DNA of 64,000 nt, from contig JAUFOQ010000016.1 in assembly GCA_040285855.1 (NCBI GenBank), positions 682,001 through 746,000 on the forward strand, in the 5' to 3' direction. Positions 36,432 through 49,132 of the stretch are shown here, piece by piece. The notes below the pieces were generated by a model. That model did no database searches. It had not been told where the DNA came from and saw only the letters and a list, made by a program, of their open reading frames with translations. Source of the DNA: Eukaryota sp. GEM-RC1. Its lineage: Eukaryota. Every line of letters begins with the position of its first letter. Positions within the stretch are counted from its first letter, which is position 1. A program made the translations under genes and the position numbers.

Positions 36432-39400
36432 ATGACTCTTGACCTTAAAAGAGCCTTTCAAATACCTCGTTTGTTCATACCTTACTAAGCTTACATAAGT
36501 TGATCATCTTGATGTTCCTCTCAAATGCAGCATTATTGTACCTCTCTTCTCCGATAACGTTCTTCTAGTTTCCAATGGTTCTTCGGTTTATAGATTAGGA
36601 CCAGAGACCAGTAACATCACCCACGTTCCTGTGTTTCACTTTGAAAAAGATCCCTTTAAATCAGCTGGTCGCATTCTGGTACGATTCATCTTACCCCTAC
36701 CAACACTCTCTTCTATTCTAGTTTGTTTCTCCAACTTCTCGCTTTCTCTATTCTCTTTACCTAGTCTTAACTACCTTGAATCCTTCCAATTTAGCTCTCG
36801 AGTCCCTCTTTCTTTCTGTACAGTACCCAACTCATCAACATTCCTTTCATCTCACCCTGACTCTATCAACATCTCTTCCGTTATTCGATCCCCTACTTAT
36901 TCAGCCACTTCCTACGTCTACTCCACCTCTCACCTTGCTTCCTTCCATGCTCAGCTCTCAGACTCTAATCCTGAATGGCCGGTCTCAATTTCCCTCACCC
37001 CCCTCAGCAGTTCTTCTTCTGACCTTCTCCACTACTACGTCTCCTCCAGAACCTCTCTCTACTGCTACCTACTGTCATTAACTTCCCAATCATCTACGTT
37101 TCTTTATTCTATCGACAATCTCCACAGTTTCGTCTCTTGTATGACTTCTTTTGTTTTCAATGGTAAGCATTTTCTATGTGCCGGATTCTTCAATGGAGCA
37201 GTCATTATCTACGAAGGATCTTCTCCCTTCTTCTCTTTTTCTTTGGTATCAAAAGTGATTGGAGTGCATTTCTTGACTGCCATGACCTCTGTTATTGCTG
37301 TTGATTGCACTGGTCACATACAGGTTTTTGACCTCCTTCATTTCGTTTGTTTGTTAACAAATAGTTCTGATTTTGGTTCAATAATTGGAAGTAATGTAGT
37401 TTCCTCTACATTATCTTCTTGTTGTGAATTTTTGTGGATTTGTTCAAACGAATATGTTTTTAAAGTTTTCCCTGTTATTCTTTTCAATTGGTCTCAGCGG
37501 AATCAGCAAAAATCATCAATATCTCTCGTTGTTTCATTCAAAATGTTACTGAGAAGGTCAGTACCACTACCAACACTCACTGTCTGATTGACTTAGAAGA
37601 AGGTGGATGTAGAATAGTGTCTTTCAGCCAACACAATAGGTCAAAATCAATTGACTTTTCAAGGCTGGTGCTTCCTTATCTTTGTACAAAGCAGTTCTAT
37701 GTGTCAGTTCAAACCGAGGTCCATCCACTGTCTTTCTACCTCGTATTGTTCAAAAATGATAGTGATTGCACTGTGATTGGTGTTTTTGACCGTCTGGGCA
37801 ATCAACTTCAAACATTGAGCTCACCATTCGACTCTGATCACTTCACTGTCCTCTCCGTAGTTATTGGCAGTTTCACCTTTGACAACTTCCTAACTGATAG
37901 CTTCTCCCTTCAAGCAAAGTCCTTCAAAGCCATTTCCTTCCACGATCCTCTTATCTGTGGTACCTTTAAAGGAGACCTGATAGTCTTCAAGGTTCACCAG
38001 GATATGGCAAAGGACTTATGGTCAAAGAGTAAGGACGGGGATAAGCAAATGTTCTATTGTTTGTCTGTATTAAAGACGCCTCATTCACCTAGATTTGTTA
38101 AGTTTATTGTTGGAAATGTACCTGTGCATAGTGACGTGTTCAGCTTTTTAACTGTCGATGATTGTAATTTGATTGTGTTTTGGAATGATATATTTCAAGT
38201 CGTCACGACCGTTGTCATTGACGAAGATGTAGTAATATCTCATTGCTTTGTCTTCAATGGCAACGTTCTAATCTTCTTCAATACCTCTGAATTCTGTGTC
38301 ATTCCTTCTCATATTCTTTCTACCACCACTTCCAAACTGACTTTCACTAGATTACAATACCCGTCTTTATTCTTTGAAAAGACTATCATGGACTCTTGTT
38401 CTTCTAAATCGTATCACGTGGACGTACTTCAAGAATCTAATGTATTCGCAGTAGTTTCATGTTCTTCTGTTTACTTCTACCACCTTCATTCTTTAAAAGA
38501 TTCATTTTTCCTGTCTCTTCTCCACACGTCTTCTCCACCTTCTGATTCTCCCATTGGTGGAGTCTTTGTCCTCTACAACAACCTACCAACTTTCTACATC
38601 GTCACCTCCACCCGTCACTACCTCCTCCACATCCACAAGCTCTTTGAAGTCTCTTTCTCTGATGTTGTTGATCCTACTCTACCGGGGGCTGTCATTGACA
38701 GAAGCCATCTAGAGTACGAGGTGCAAGAGAATGGCACTATTAGGAATAAGTCTAGTGAAGGAGGTAAGGAACATGTAAGTGTCCTTCAACAAATGAAGAT
38801 GAGTGCAGCTAGATTGGATAAATGGAAGGCTTCTAGTCGAAAGAAGCAAGTGTCACGTGATCAGAGTGACAGATTCCAATCATTTCTTGATCCTGATTCT
38901 CTTCTTTATTCCTCTAACAATGCTGATGCTCATAGAGAAGCCCCAACCCAACCTCATTCACTTTCATTTGCTACTCAAGGAAGAACTAAGAAACTACGGT
39001 TCTCTTTGGATGAAGATGAAGATAGCCCTGAGGAAGAAGTGATGCAGGAGGAGGATGAAGATGTCGATGAGGTACGTGGACGATCAGATCCTACTCTTTT
39101 ACATGAAGAAGAGAGAGAGAATGAAGACGTTGATAAAGGGAAGGTTTCTAATCCGGCTGGTATTCGAAGGAAACTGTTGGACCTGTCAAAACTGATTGAG
39201 ATTGATTCCTCGCCACCCCCAACATCTTTACCCCCATTAGATTTTTAAACTTGCCACTTTTTCTCCAATTAATGAAGCTTCTAAACCACTACAACCTCCA
39301 ATAAGTCCTCCACCTAAGAAGAAGATGAAGAAAAGGAAGAAGAAAACATTGAACAAGACTACCTTTAGTTCACCTAGACTTTCTCCTAGAAAGGTTTACT

Positions 39401-39790
39401 CATTACCACTGCTTTCTCCAAAGAGACCTAACACTCCAATGGTAGTTAAACCACTACCTCCTAAGCTTAAGAGGACTGAACTCCGGAAGATCTTCTTTAG
39501 GAACTTTCTACCTTCAGAAATGGAAGTTCCGGAGTGTACAGTGATCTCTACTGATGAGGTTGATGAGATTCGGGATGGAAAGTTGCTGGTTTCAAACAAT
39601 GGTGTTGTTAAAAAAGATACGAACGTTACTTCACTTAATGAAAACACACCTCGATTTGAAGTTTCCTTGTTCAAAGCTATTAAAAAGCGATGATGTTTAG
39701 AAAAACAAATAATACTAAATTATTAAGAATTTATTTCGCTAGGAAAATGTCAATGGCGATGTTTAAAAACAACTACACGATCTTAAATAA
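36432..39790 (+). CDS. Large hypothetical protein (beta-propeller-like N-terminus, acidic/basic low-complexity C-terminus); 31-nt intron 36469-36499; indels near 37485, 39243 and in the tail
   Basis: Splicing joins ATG 36432 in frame to ORF 36631. Consecutive ORFs join at T-runs. The 3' end is approximate. Confidence 0.65.
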
Positions 39791-39795
39791 AGAAT

Positions 39796-40678
39796 GGGTA
39801 AAATTCAAAAACACTCATGTCCCAAATCTATATTTCATAACCACTCAAATGGAATTTGATATTACAAAAACACTCATTAGATCACTATAATATTGATATC
39901 AATACAATAAGCCGTCCTGACAAACAGCTGTCAACAATACACCTTTATACTTGCCGTACAAATGACATCCGTCAACAGCAATCATCTTCTTGCAGGAGTT
40001 GTAACATTTTATCAATTCTCGGAAGCAAATGAGAACTCTGCAGAATCTGCCATCTGTAACATCTAGATCAATGATAGGATCATTGTAGCACGCACGCAGT
40101 TCCCGAAAATAAGCTTGAATTTCATCATAAGCTTCTTCAAAGCTTCCATACAAGTCCTTTTTAATCTTCTTCTGAGCTCGGTAAGCATTCTGATAGTTAA
40201 CCGTAGCTCCATTTGATGCAACAACTGTCCTAATGGTGGCTGTTGTAGTTTGTAGATCATGCTGAATTGCTGTTACAACTGGGGTAATTGCAACAATCTT
40301 TGATGCTGTGAGGGACTCGTGATAGATTCTCAAGCCCGAGCAAGTATGTTGGAGATTGACGGAGTGAATCATGAAGGGAGATCCGTTATTCAAGGCATAT
40401 GCCGTTAGTTTCCAGGTACATCCTTCTTCTTGACAACGCACACTATACCGCTTTGGAGTTGTTTGAGTCGTTATATAAGAGCGTTTATCATTCAGAAATA
40501 CATCCTGTATAGCCTGCTTCAAGTTATTTTTAGACGTAAAGATGTCTCCTACAAGTAAAGTCATTGTTTGTGAAGTATGTATATCAGAAAAGGTTCATGA
40601 GTGTTTTTGTAATATCAAATTCCATTTGAGTGGTTATGAAATATAGATTTGGGACATGAGTGTTTTTGACATTTTTCC
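39796..40678 (-). mobile_element. Non-autonomous Mutator-like element (883 bp) with truncated transposase (39899-40564)
   Basis: 82-bp TIRs (inner ~73 bp identical), 9-bp TSD ATAAAGAAT, ORF with VRC...CTWKL...HTC and IAVDGCHLYGKYKGVLLTAV. Confidence 0.95.
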
Positions 40679-40717
40679 ATAAAGAATACATATCAAACAA
40701 ACTTCTAACAAACTCAA

Positions 40718-41581
40718 TCATCTCCAATTAACATTACCAATTCCAGTTAAAGAACTTCTTAAAGCATTTGGATCCGCCCAAGAAGAAGAATTATCAAAGG
40801 AATCAAAATCTTTCAAACTTTTCATTTCTTCTTGTTTTCTATAGTAATAAGCCATTAATTTCTTTTCAGTTTCTCCATCAATTGCTTTCTCAGAAGGTGG
40901 AGCTCCTGAACCTTTACCAGTAACTTTAACCAAGATCTTAGTCTTGTCGTTGCGTCCAGCATAGTCAGAAATAGACTTTCTCTCGTCAAACTTCTTCCCT
41001 GCCCACCAAAGAGATATACTATCTGGCTTCTTGTATTGACCCGAAAGTGATGGATATATAGAGTAATCAGTTAAATCATTTGGTAACGAGTAGAGATCAA
41101 ATAGCGGATCACAGTCAGGAATTCCACCAATGTCCTCAGTTAAATGATGGAGAAGGTCTCTTAACTGATATAAGAAGGAGACGAGTTGAGAAATGGTTTG
41201 ACGATGGCGTGATTTGACAGCTGACTCTCCAACAAAAGAGTGTATCTCATCAAGTTGGTCTTGAAGAAGGGATTTGTGGTGAGGTAGAAGTCCATGGCCA
41301 CAACGTTGACCAGAAGGGTCAGGACAATACTCGAAGGAAGTAACAGCTTTAAGAGAAGCTATGTCAGCTGTAGAAAGCACTTCTTCATCAAGTTGAAACT
41401 CACTTTCAGGACGTTGAACACCATGCTGGGAGAATTGGTTCAGTAGTTCAACTGTGTGTTTAAGAGTAATTGTTAAGTTGATGAATGAAGAACAGATATT
41501 TGCTAGTTCTTCACACGAGGAAGATGCTGGAATCTCAAAGAAGGCGAAGTCATCATCAAAGTTCTTGAGGTGAATGCGCAT
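40718..41581 (-). CDS. CFAP298: Cilia- and flagella-associated protein 298 (C21orf59)
   Basis: DPSGQRCG, LWWAGK, GRNDKTKILVK, GAPPSE, MAYYYRKQEE, WADPNAL. Confidence 0.9.
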   Translation of the reverse strand: MRIHLKNFDDDFAFFEIPASSSCEELANICSSFINLTITLKHTVELLNQFSQHGVQRPESEFQLDEEVLSTADIASLKAVTSFEYCPDPSGQRCGHGLLPHHKSLLQDQLDEIHSFVGESAVKSRHRQTISQLVSFLYQLRDLLHHLTEDIGGIPDCDPLFDLYSLPNDLTDYSIYPSLSGQYKKPDSISLWWAGKKFDERKSISDYAGRNDKTKILVKVTGKGSGAPPSEKAIDGETEKKLMAYYYRKQEEMKSLKDFDSFDNSSSWADPNALRSSLTGIGNVNWR

Positions 41582-41698
41582 GTGTATGAAATGCGAATGT
41601 GAGTCATTTTCAGTTCATTTCTAATAGTACGACGATTCTTGTTCTTTTCGTACGGCTTATTTCTCCACAATCTCGTAACAGTAACATAAAGAAGTAGA

Positions 41699-42670
41699 AT
41701 GTCACATACATGCCATCACACAAATTATCCACCAGATTCTCTACTGTTTCTTAACAAAGATTGTCCTCAGCCAGCTTTGGTCTATGGAACTTACCACCTC
41801 ATTGAGTCAGAATCATCTCTTCAAAAACACAAGGGTGAATTGGTTTCTTCTTTTGTAAATGCTGACCTCTCTCTACACTCATCATCATCACTGCAATTCG
41901 AATCTGGTGTATTCTCACTTAAGAACCTGTCTCATATCAACACTATTATCACTGCAAACACTGATGGAACTATTAATTTCGTTGAGTACTCAGAAGATGA
42001 CACCTCGTTATCTCTAACCAACACGATCTCAGTTGAAGACTCCATGATCACCTCTATTGCATCTTCTGATCTTTCTGGATCAATTCTAGCATGTACATGT
42101 TCTTCTGGAAATGTCTACGTTCTCAATCACTCTGATTCATCCTCTTTCTCTCATCTCATCTCCCATGAGTTTGATGCTTGGTGTTCTCTCTTCTTCGACT
42201 CCAACACTCTCTTAACTGGAGGTGATGACGCTGTTGTTAGAGTTTCTGACCTACGATCTTCTTCTCAAATCAAACTCTCTAGATTACACTCTGCTGGAGT
42301 AGTTTCCCTTTCTCGACATCCTTCCTCCAACCTCATTCTCTCTGGAGGTTACGATGACCAGTTAATAATGTGGGATATACGTTTTCCTTCTAGAAAGGTT
42401 GCTTCTTGTGATATGCCTGGAGGAGTGTGGGATGTAGTACCTGTTAGTGGAGATGTCTATGGGGTTCCTTGTATGTATGGAGGGTGTTCTTTAGTAGAGA
42501 TTGGTGGGAAGGGAATTCGACAACTTGAGAGCTATAACAGACATAAAAGTATAGTGTATGGTTTTGATTCGACATTGACGTTGGAGAACAAAAGAGTTGC
42601 CGCCACTTGTTCGTTTTATGACAAGGAAATTCGTCTTTGGGAGATAGACGTTTTAAACCTAATTAATTAA
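41699..42670 (+). CDS. DPH7: Diphthine methylesterase DPH7/WDR85
   Basis: VYGTYHL, HEFDAW, TGGDD, HSAGV, GGVW, CMYGG, HKSIVYG, ATCSFYDK. Confidence 0.9.
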   Translation: MSHTCHHTNYPPDSLLFLNKDCPQPALVYGTYHLIESESSLQKHKGELVSSFVNADLSLHSSSSLQFESGVFSLKNLSHINTIITANTDGTINFVEYSEDDTSLSLTNTISVEDSMITSIASSDLSGSILACTCSSGNVYVLNHSDSSSFSHLISHEFDAWCSLFFDSNTLLTGGDDAVVRVSDLRSSSQIKLSRLHSAGVVSLSRHPSSNLILSGGYDDQLIMWDIRFPSRKVASCDMPGGVWDVVPVSGDVYGVPCMYGGCSLVEIGGKGIRQLESYNRHKSIVYGFDSTLTLENKRVAATCSFYDKEIRLWEIDVLNLIN

Positions 42671-43024
42671 TTGAAAGGAGTTTTAGTTTGGTGTAGTAGT
42701 CTTTGTATAGGCCAATTTCATCTTTGAGGTAGGAACTTTAGTGGTTTCTGATTAGTTTGGGTAGTTTTGTTCCGATAGGTTTTTTACAGGACCTTTTTCC
42801 GTTTTTGTGGACAATGTTTGTTATATCTCTCTTTTCGGTTGTCACAACCGACAATGATATATTTATCCGTTAACGCGCTGTATGTACGTTTGTTTTCGTC
42901 CTCTGTACTTATTGATTCTTTTAAAGAGAGTATATGAATAAAGAATCAAACAAGAACTAAAAAAGAGATGTATTGGATACAAGTAAAATTTACAAAAAGA
43001 CAAACTAAAAACACAAGATCAAAC

Positions 43025-43219
43025 TCACATATCCTCAAAATCACTGAATTCAAAATTACACTGGTCATCAAGAGAGCTATCGAACAGCACGCATGGAATT
43101 GAGTTGCCAATGTTTACTGGTATGCGACGCCTAATTGCTCTTGGAGCTGGTGGGCATTGAAGAGGAACAAATGGTAAGTTAGTTGGAGTGGCTGGTGGGT
43201 TGTCGTTTGAGGTGGTCAT
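43025..43219 (-). CDS. Possible 64-aa peptide with TP/CPPAPR motif
   Basis: MTTSNDNPPATPTNLPFVPLQCPPAPRAIRRR...VLF plus an acidic tail. Confidence 0.35.
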   Translation of the reverse strand: MTTSNDNPPATPTNLPFVPLQCPPAPRAIRRRIPVNIGNSIPCVLFDSSLDDQCNFEFSDFEDM

Positions 43220-43601
43220 GATAAAACAAATGGCCGCCAAATGGTACCATAACAAATTTGAGACCCAAATGAAAATTGTCCTGTGCTCATCAATTGTCGT
43301 CCTGTTGCCGCCAAAAATTGAACAACTGACAACAGTCTCATGTCTCTACTCAATGTATAAACAGCTTTGTTCTTTTTTCACTTGTTCATCTTTCTTTCTG
43401 AACATTAAAGCTTTTGAACAATTTCTCTCATTCACACTGATTGGACCTACATTTCGACTTGTGAAACTTAGAGTTATGTCATTGTCAATATACACTACGA
43501 AAGTATATGTGATCACTATGTATACAGTCTCCAATTTTACGACAGAACTGTGTTTTTTCGCTAACAACTTGAACACTATCGTTTAAACTTCTCCGTGAAT
43601 G

Positions 43602-44364
43602 TTTTTTTATGTATTTTTTTATTATAAATGTAATAGATCAAACAACTAGAATTTGATATCATTAAAACAACACCCGTCGCTATCAAACCTTACAACAGCT
43701 TTGTCCTGATAAAACGAACTCACTGTTAATAAAGCTTTGGAGATGATTAGGGGAACTGTTTTAAAAACAGTAAAAACGATCCGATTCAACCATAACATAT
43801 GATCAAAACGTTTGTTCATCCTATTTTTTTACGATTTTTCCGAAATCGTTTAAAAAATTCAATGCACTTTTCCTAAACGTCCGTAAATTGAAACGGCAAA
43901 GGGCATAATTCGTACTCAACATGTTTTACATGTTTTAAAGCCATAAATGGTTTTCTGTACTTATCCTGTTTGGTCTGTTCAGAAATGTCTAAAGGAGAAG
44001 TTTCAGACGAAGCGTTCTTTAATGATGTCTTTTTACAAACATCCACTGACACTACATCAACAACAAACAATTTGTCTGAAGAAGAAGGGACAACAACATC
44101 TGCTATCCGTTTACCAAAAAATTGGTTCTGTTTTTCGACATTACAATTATTACTTGGTTCTAAAGATCTTAGAAGTGGTTCAACAAATGACTCAATTTTG
44201 TAAGACTTACACATAGCATGTATTTGATCTTTGCAGCATCATGCATACACGTTCGATAAGTTGTGTAGCGATTACAACTTAACAGATGAGAAAACGTTAA
44301 TTGTTTTCCACAACTACATTGAAGATCATTTGGCAAATTATATGGCCATAAATAACAACGAAAA
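43602..44364 (-). mobile_element. 5'-truncated RLE (CRE-like) LINE with A-rich tail and TSD
   Basis: CSCG...SHLLSC...HD knuckle and RIADVV...VVDVV...EQTKQDKY RLE motif; T-runs at 43602-43620; TSD CTCCGTGAATG(T) at 43591 and 44365. Confidence 0.9.
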
Positions 44365-44999
44365 CTCCGTGAATGTCGTATTACTCTGCTATACGTGGAT
44401 TCAAACGGAGTAATAAAACGAAAGAAAACAAAAGTATTTCTACATTAAATTACTAGTGTATCTATGTTATTGAGGAACTTCTGCAGACATAATCGACACC
44501 TCTTTGATTCATCAATTCTTGTAAATACTACCTTTTGTCATGTTGCAGAGAATTCCTTGTTGCAATTCCAAATGTATGTTATGATAAAGATTCATTAAAT
44601 TCCAGTCTGTCCTGTCTTTAACGTTATTGGATAATCATTTCTTTGTCTACAAGGCTGATACTATTAACATTCACACGTATTTGGATCGTGATATGCACAA
44701 AACGAAGCTGTGCTGTGGGGCATGAAGAGATGTACTAGTACAGATCATTTTTTATATTTTAATTGCTAACCTAATTTAAAACCAACAATGCAGTTCAATT
44801 TTAAATCTACTGGAAAAGAATTCAGTCTAGGTAGCGTTACCTATCTTCTACCTGTGACCACTCTTTGAAGAGTAAGAAAAAAGATCCATTAGATTTATAA
44901 AAATGGAAATATGATGCATAAAAGCAATTGTCACATGGATGACGTCATCAACAGACTGATATGTACAAAACAAAAGAACCACGTATTGCAAAAACGACT

Positions 45000-45671
45000 C
45001 TACAGAATACTCCTATTGAGACTATGTCCAGAAAAGTTCTTGTAGAAAAGACAGACTAAAAGTACTATAGTAGACACCACCAGATAAGTTCGAGACCTTG
45101 ATGGACTCTGAGTTGGAAGTACTTCAGTGTTAGGGTATGGTGACGAAGTGACTTCTTCCTGTGGGGAATCTGGTGACTCTTCTGCCTCAGTTGCACTGTC
45201 TGCAGGGAAGAGTGTATACATGTGAGTTTTGCAAACGTGACAGTAATGCTCACGAGATGACTTTGCTAAAGCGCGACGTATCTGCGGAGAAGAGTCAATT
45301 GACCCTATGGCTCCGTTGCCATTATCAGGAAATACAGAACGTAAGCCAACTAATACTGAGGAGAGACTCCAGGAAGGTCTCCAAATATCTTCATGATAAC
45401 CAGTAATATTAAGACATATTCGAACTCCTGGTTGGAAACGGCCACTGGCATTTTCAAAGATAATGTCCGGTGGTTTCATGGGATAAGTAGATGGGATGAT
45501 AATCTTTCCATGGTATATTCCACCTTCAAAGTCAGTGTCTTCAGGTCCAGTAAGAGTGAAATGCCAAACAAAAAGGTCATCTTCAATAGGACCAGCAATA
45601 ACACCATCTGGTGGGTTTTGAGCTAAGTCTTTGGCTTCCTTTATAATGCGTCTAACACTAAGATTTGACAT
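45000..45671 (-). CDS. Ubiquitin-conjugating enzyme, UBE2J/Ubc6 type, tail-anchored
   Basis: WHFTLTGP, GGIYHG, YPMKPP, SGRF...ICLNITGYH, WRPSW, C-terminal TM. Confidence 0.9.
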   Translation of the reverse strand: MSNLSVRRIIKEAKDLAQNPPDGVIAGPIEDDLFVWHFTLTGPEDTDFEGGIYHGKIIIPSTYPMKPPDIIFENASGRFQPGVRICLNITGYHEDIWRPSWSLSSVLVGLRSVFPDNGNGAIGSIDSSPQIRRALAKSSREHYCHVCKTHMYTLFPADSATEAEESPDSPQEEVTSSPYPNTEVLPTQSPSRSRTYLVVSTIVLLVCLFYKNFSGHSLNRSIL

Positions 45672-46289
45672 TAGTTAAGATCTTGGAAGTAACTGAAGTA
45701 TTTTTGTAATTTACTCTCCTGTTTCTCCATAACCAAGCGATTCAGCTTTGTGTTCTGTTTAAACATCAGGAAAAAACATATTTTTCCCCAAACCAATAAA
45801 TATTTTCTGAAGATGTCTGCCAGCAAAAATTAATATAAATTGCATAAAAATATAATATATATTTAAATTATTGTGAAGCTTAAATGCGTGTTCTAAGGGA
45901 TGTATTTAAAACAGTTAAATATCCGCACTCATCAAAATCCTGTTCAAATTTCACACACATGCAGTTTCTTGCCTTTGTCAATTCCTTCATTAGAGTAGAT
46001 TTAAAATACATTGGTGATCTCTTCTAGTCCAAATATTCGTCTTTTTTCTACTTACTGTACAAAAGTGATTACGTTATCGAGAAACTACATGTACTCTCGC
46101 ATCATGAAATATTCTCTTTCTCCACTCTTAGAATTACATTGTAGATGCAATAAACGTGAGATCATTTGGGAAGACTCTCTTACCCTTACAAAAATCGGAT
46201 TACAATATTTTGCAATAATAGTAACGGGTATAATAATTGATTTGCAACCGATAAATATTGCCAAGGTATCTAAGAGCACAATAAATATT

Positions 46290-46660
46290 TTTAATTCTCG
46301 TCGAGGTGACTTACATGGTCCTTCTATTGATTTTAGTCAAATTATGCTTGATGTTACAACAGTAGATCCATGTGCTCAAACTTATGTTAACGGCTTAAAT
46401 TCAAAAAGTTTCAACCACCTAGAAGCAGCTGAAAAACGTAAAATTGATTTGTATTCCAATGATGTTGCTAAACTCAATCAAAATTTGTATCTGTTCCATT
46501 TGCTATTTCTACTTTCTGTAGTATTGGACAAATGGCTTCTCAGTTTTTAACTGATTTTGGATCTATGTGTAAGTCTCAGAATAAGATATTTAACTTATCA
46601 ATTTGGCATAACCGTTTGATTTTTTTCTTTGTTCCGTTCGATGCCTAACTTTTTCAAATC
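46290..46660 (+). mobile_element. RLE LINE 3' remnant (different subfamily); probable RT remnant on the minus strand at ~45950-46280
   Basis: RRGDL...MLDVTTVDP...AAEKRKIDLY...VPFAISTF. Confidence 0.7.
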
Positions 46661-47154
46661 AATTTTCACAAAGTGGTAAAAACTGTAGTACTATTGACCA
46701 GGAATTTTCGATGTCTAGTGTTTCATGGCTTTTATTAGAATATGTATTTTTGTACCCTCCATCAATAAACTGTTCTAACATTTGTACTTGATGAAACGTA
46801 ACAAACATTGATTCACATGTTTCAGTGTTCAAGCGACTCAAATCAACACACTAGCAGTAAAAATACTAAATACACTCTACATTAGTTTAGTACATTTTTA
46901 ATAAGCAACTCCACGTGTTCTTGTCCGTTGAACAATAGTGATAAAGTGTGTCCTCAAAGGGGAAAGAGTAAGGGAGCATTATGAAGGTCAAGGTGAACAA
47001 AGACTATGTCTGTCGGAGGTGTACAACTGTCGCACACATTAAGAGTTTGTCAGCAGATGGTCCTTAAAGAACCATTTTGTTTACAGAAAAGACAACAAAT
47101 ACAGTATCATACTTATTCAGTCAGTATGTCGCGAGACTCTTTAAAATTCAATAT

Positions 47155-49099
47155 TTAAAAGTACGACAGCACAGCCCAGCATCTCACCATTGACAAAGCA
47201 CTTTTTAACAATTTCAAACGTCTTCCCTTGCAATAAACCCTGTTTATCTGTAGTTTGGACTTCAGAGCTAGAGAAAGAGCCTCGACATCATCATCGCCAA
47301 CAGATTTTTCATAAGCAATACATCTATTATCAATAGAAATTCGATGAGGAGAAACATTTACATTTCGAGTAAGTGCATTGGATGACATTAACCGATAAAG
47401 AACTAGTAAAGCATTGATATCAAACCAATTATTACTTAGATCAATGTTTAACAAAGATGGAGCTTCGGCAAACGCTTCCACTAACTTGATAATATTATCA
47501 GAGTAAATACAACAACCACTCAAATCAATGGAAACCAAAGTTCTACACGTCTTAAAGAAAAATGCTAGAACAACAACACCCTCAGGGGGGAGGAGTGTCC
47601 CTAGCGGAGAGGTGGTAGTTATGATCACCAAAGCGACAGTTCTTGAGTGAGATAGCTTGGACACGATGTTCTAGATATACTTGAAGAAGCTCCAGATCCG
47701 ATCTAGATATTCGTGACATTGCTATAACACTTGATTGTTCATTGCAACGGCCTTCAAAAGTGAAAATACCATTGGCTACATCAATAAAATGAGGTGGAAC
47801 AAGAATTTGTGACTTAACTTTGGTGAGTCCAAGTGCATAGAACAAAGTGAGTAGCTTCTCAAGTGATAGATCTGGAAGTTTGACTCTTTTCAAGGTAGAA
47901 TTGTTAGCCAAACCTTTTACAAGTAATTTGAGAGAGTTTGAATCAAATATGACTCCAGGAGAACTTAAAAAAACCAAAGATTTGTTGAAACGTAACATTT
48001 TGACCAACGCAATGTCATGAATTAAATCCATGGTCAAAGAAGAACGGAATTTACTAAAGTCATGAGAAATAACAAGTTCTTGCTGAGTTTGGTTGTTTTC
48101 AAGAGCGTTAAAGATCAAAGAAAGTCCAGGATTAAAGGAACAATTGAGAAATTCTAAATAACGTAAACATTTGTTGAATTTAAGAAGATCGTATAGTTGC
48201 TCTGCACTCAATTCAGTTGATGAAAACGTGATTGATGGAAGATACGTATTCGATTGAAGTGCATGTAGAATAGATGTACCATTGGAGTCAAGAGTGGAGA
48301 ACTTCAGATCCTGAATTCTTGATTTAGATTGTAAGAGCTTAACAAAGGGAACTTCAGGAAGAATAGATTTCCATGATGGTTCACATGAGAAGTCTAGTTG
48401 TCTTAATGAAGGATGTGCAATAAAAGCATTACAAAGAAGTGCATATCCTTGAACATCGATCTGAATGGTGAGTAAACGAAAAGATCTTAATGAAGTGTTT
48501 CTATAAAAAACACGTGACAACTCAGCAGCAGCATCTCGAAGATTGATGTTGTAAAGTTCTAAACGAATGAGAGTTTTGTTGACGATTAGAGAGTTGGCTA
48601 AGGATGAAAGATTGATGGGTGTTGAGACTTGTTCATTGATGACCAACTTTGTTATGTGAGGGTAGAACAGTGGTGATGAAGGAACAAGGAAGTCAAAGTA
48701 GTCCTGTTTTTGTTGTGACAATGTGATTTCGCTTGATCTAAAAAAAGGCCAGTACAAAGAAAGTGATGTTATGGAGGCAGGATCTATAGTCGCACCAAGC
48801 GGTTCATGCGAAGACTGATGAAGATGTATGCAGTGAAGTTCTGTGCTAAAGAAGTTCAGGATGTTCTGGATACTTGAAACCTGATCCGAACTTACTGCTA
48901 ATTCGATATTTTTGAAATATTGTCTTACAGCTAAAAGAGATGAATTGAAGAACCGATCACTAACAAAACCGATCCTGTAAAAGTAATCATATATCGAATT
49001 CCAAATAACATCTGGATGTAAGGGAATATCAGATTCATAACCAAACTCCAACACTTTGGTCTGGACTAGAAGTAATAGGGAATTATGAAAGTTGATCAT
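47155..49099 (-). CDS. RNI-like leucine-rich-repeat protein; indel near 47590
   Basis: LxxNxTLxxLxL repeats; SIDLSGC and NIDLSNN. Confidence 0.75.
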
Positions 49100-49132
49100 C
49101 GAGATTGAACTTCACTTAACTTCGACTTTTGC

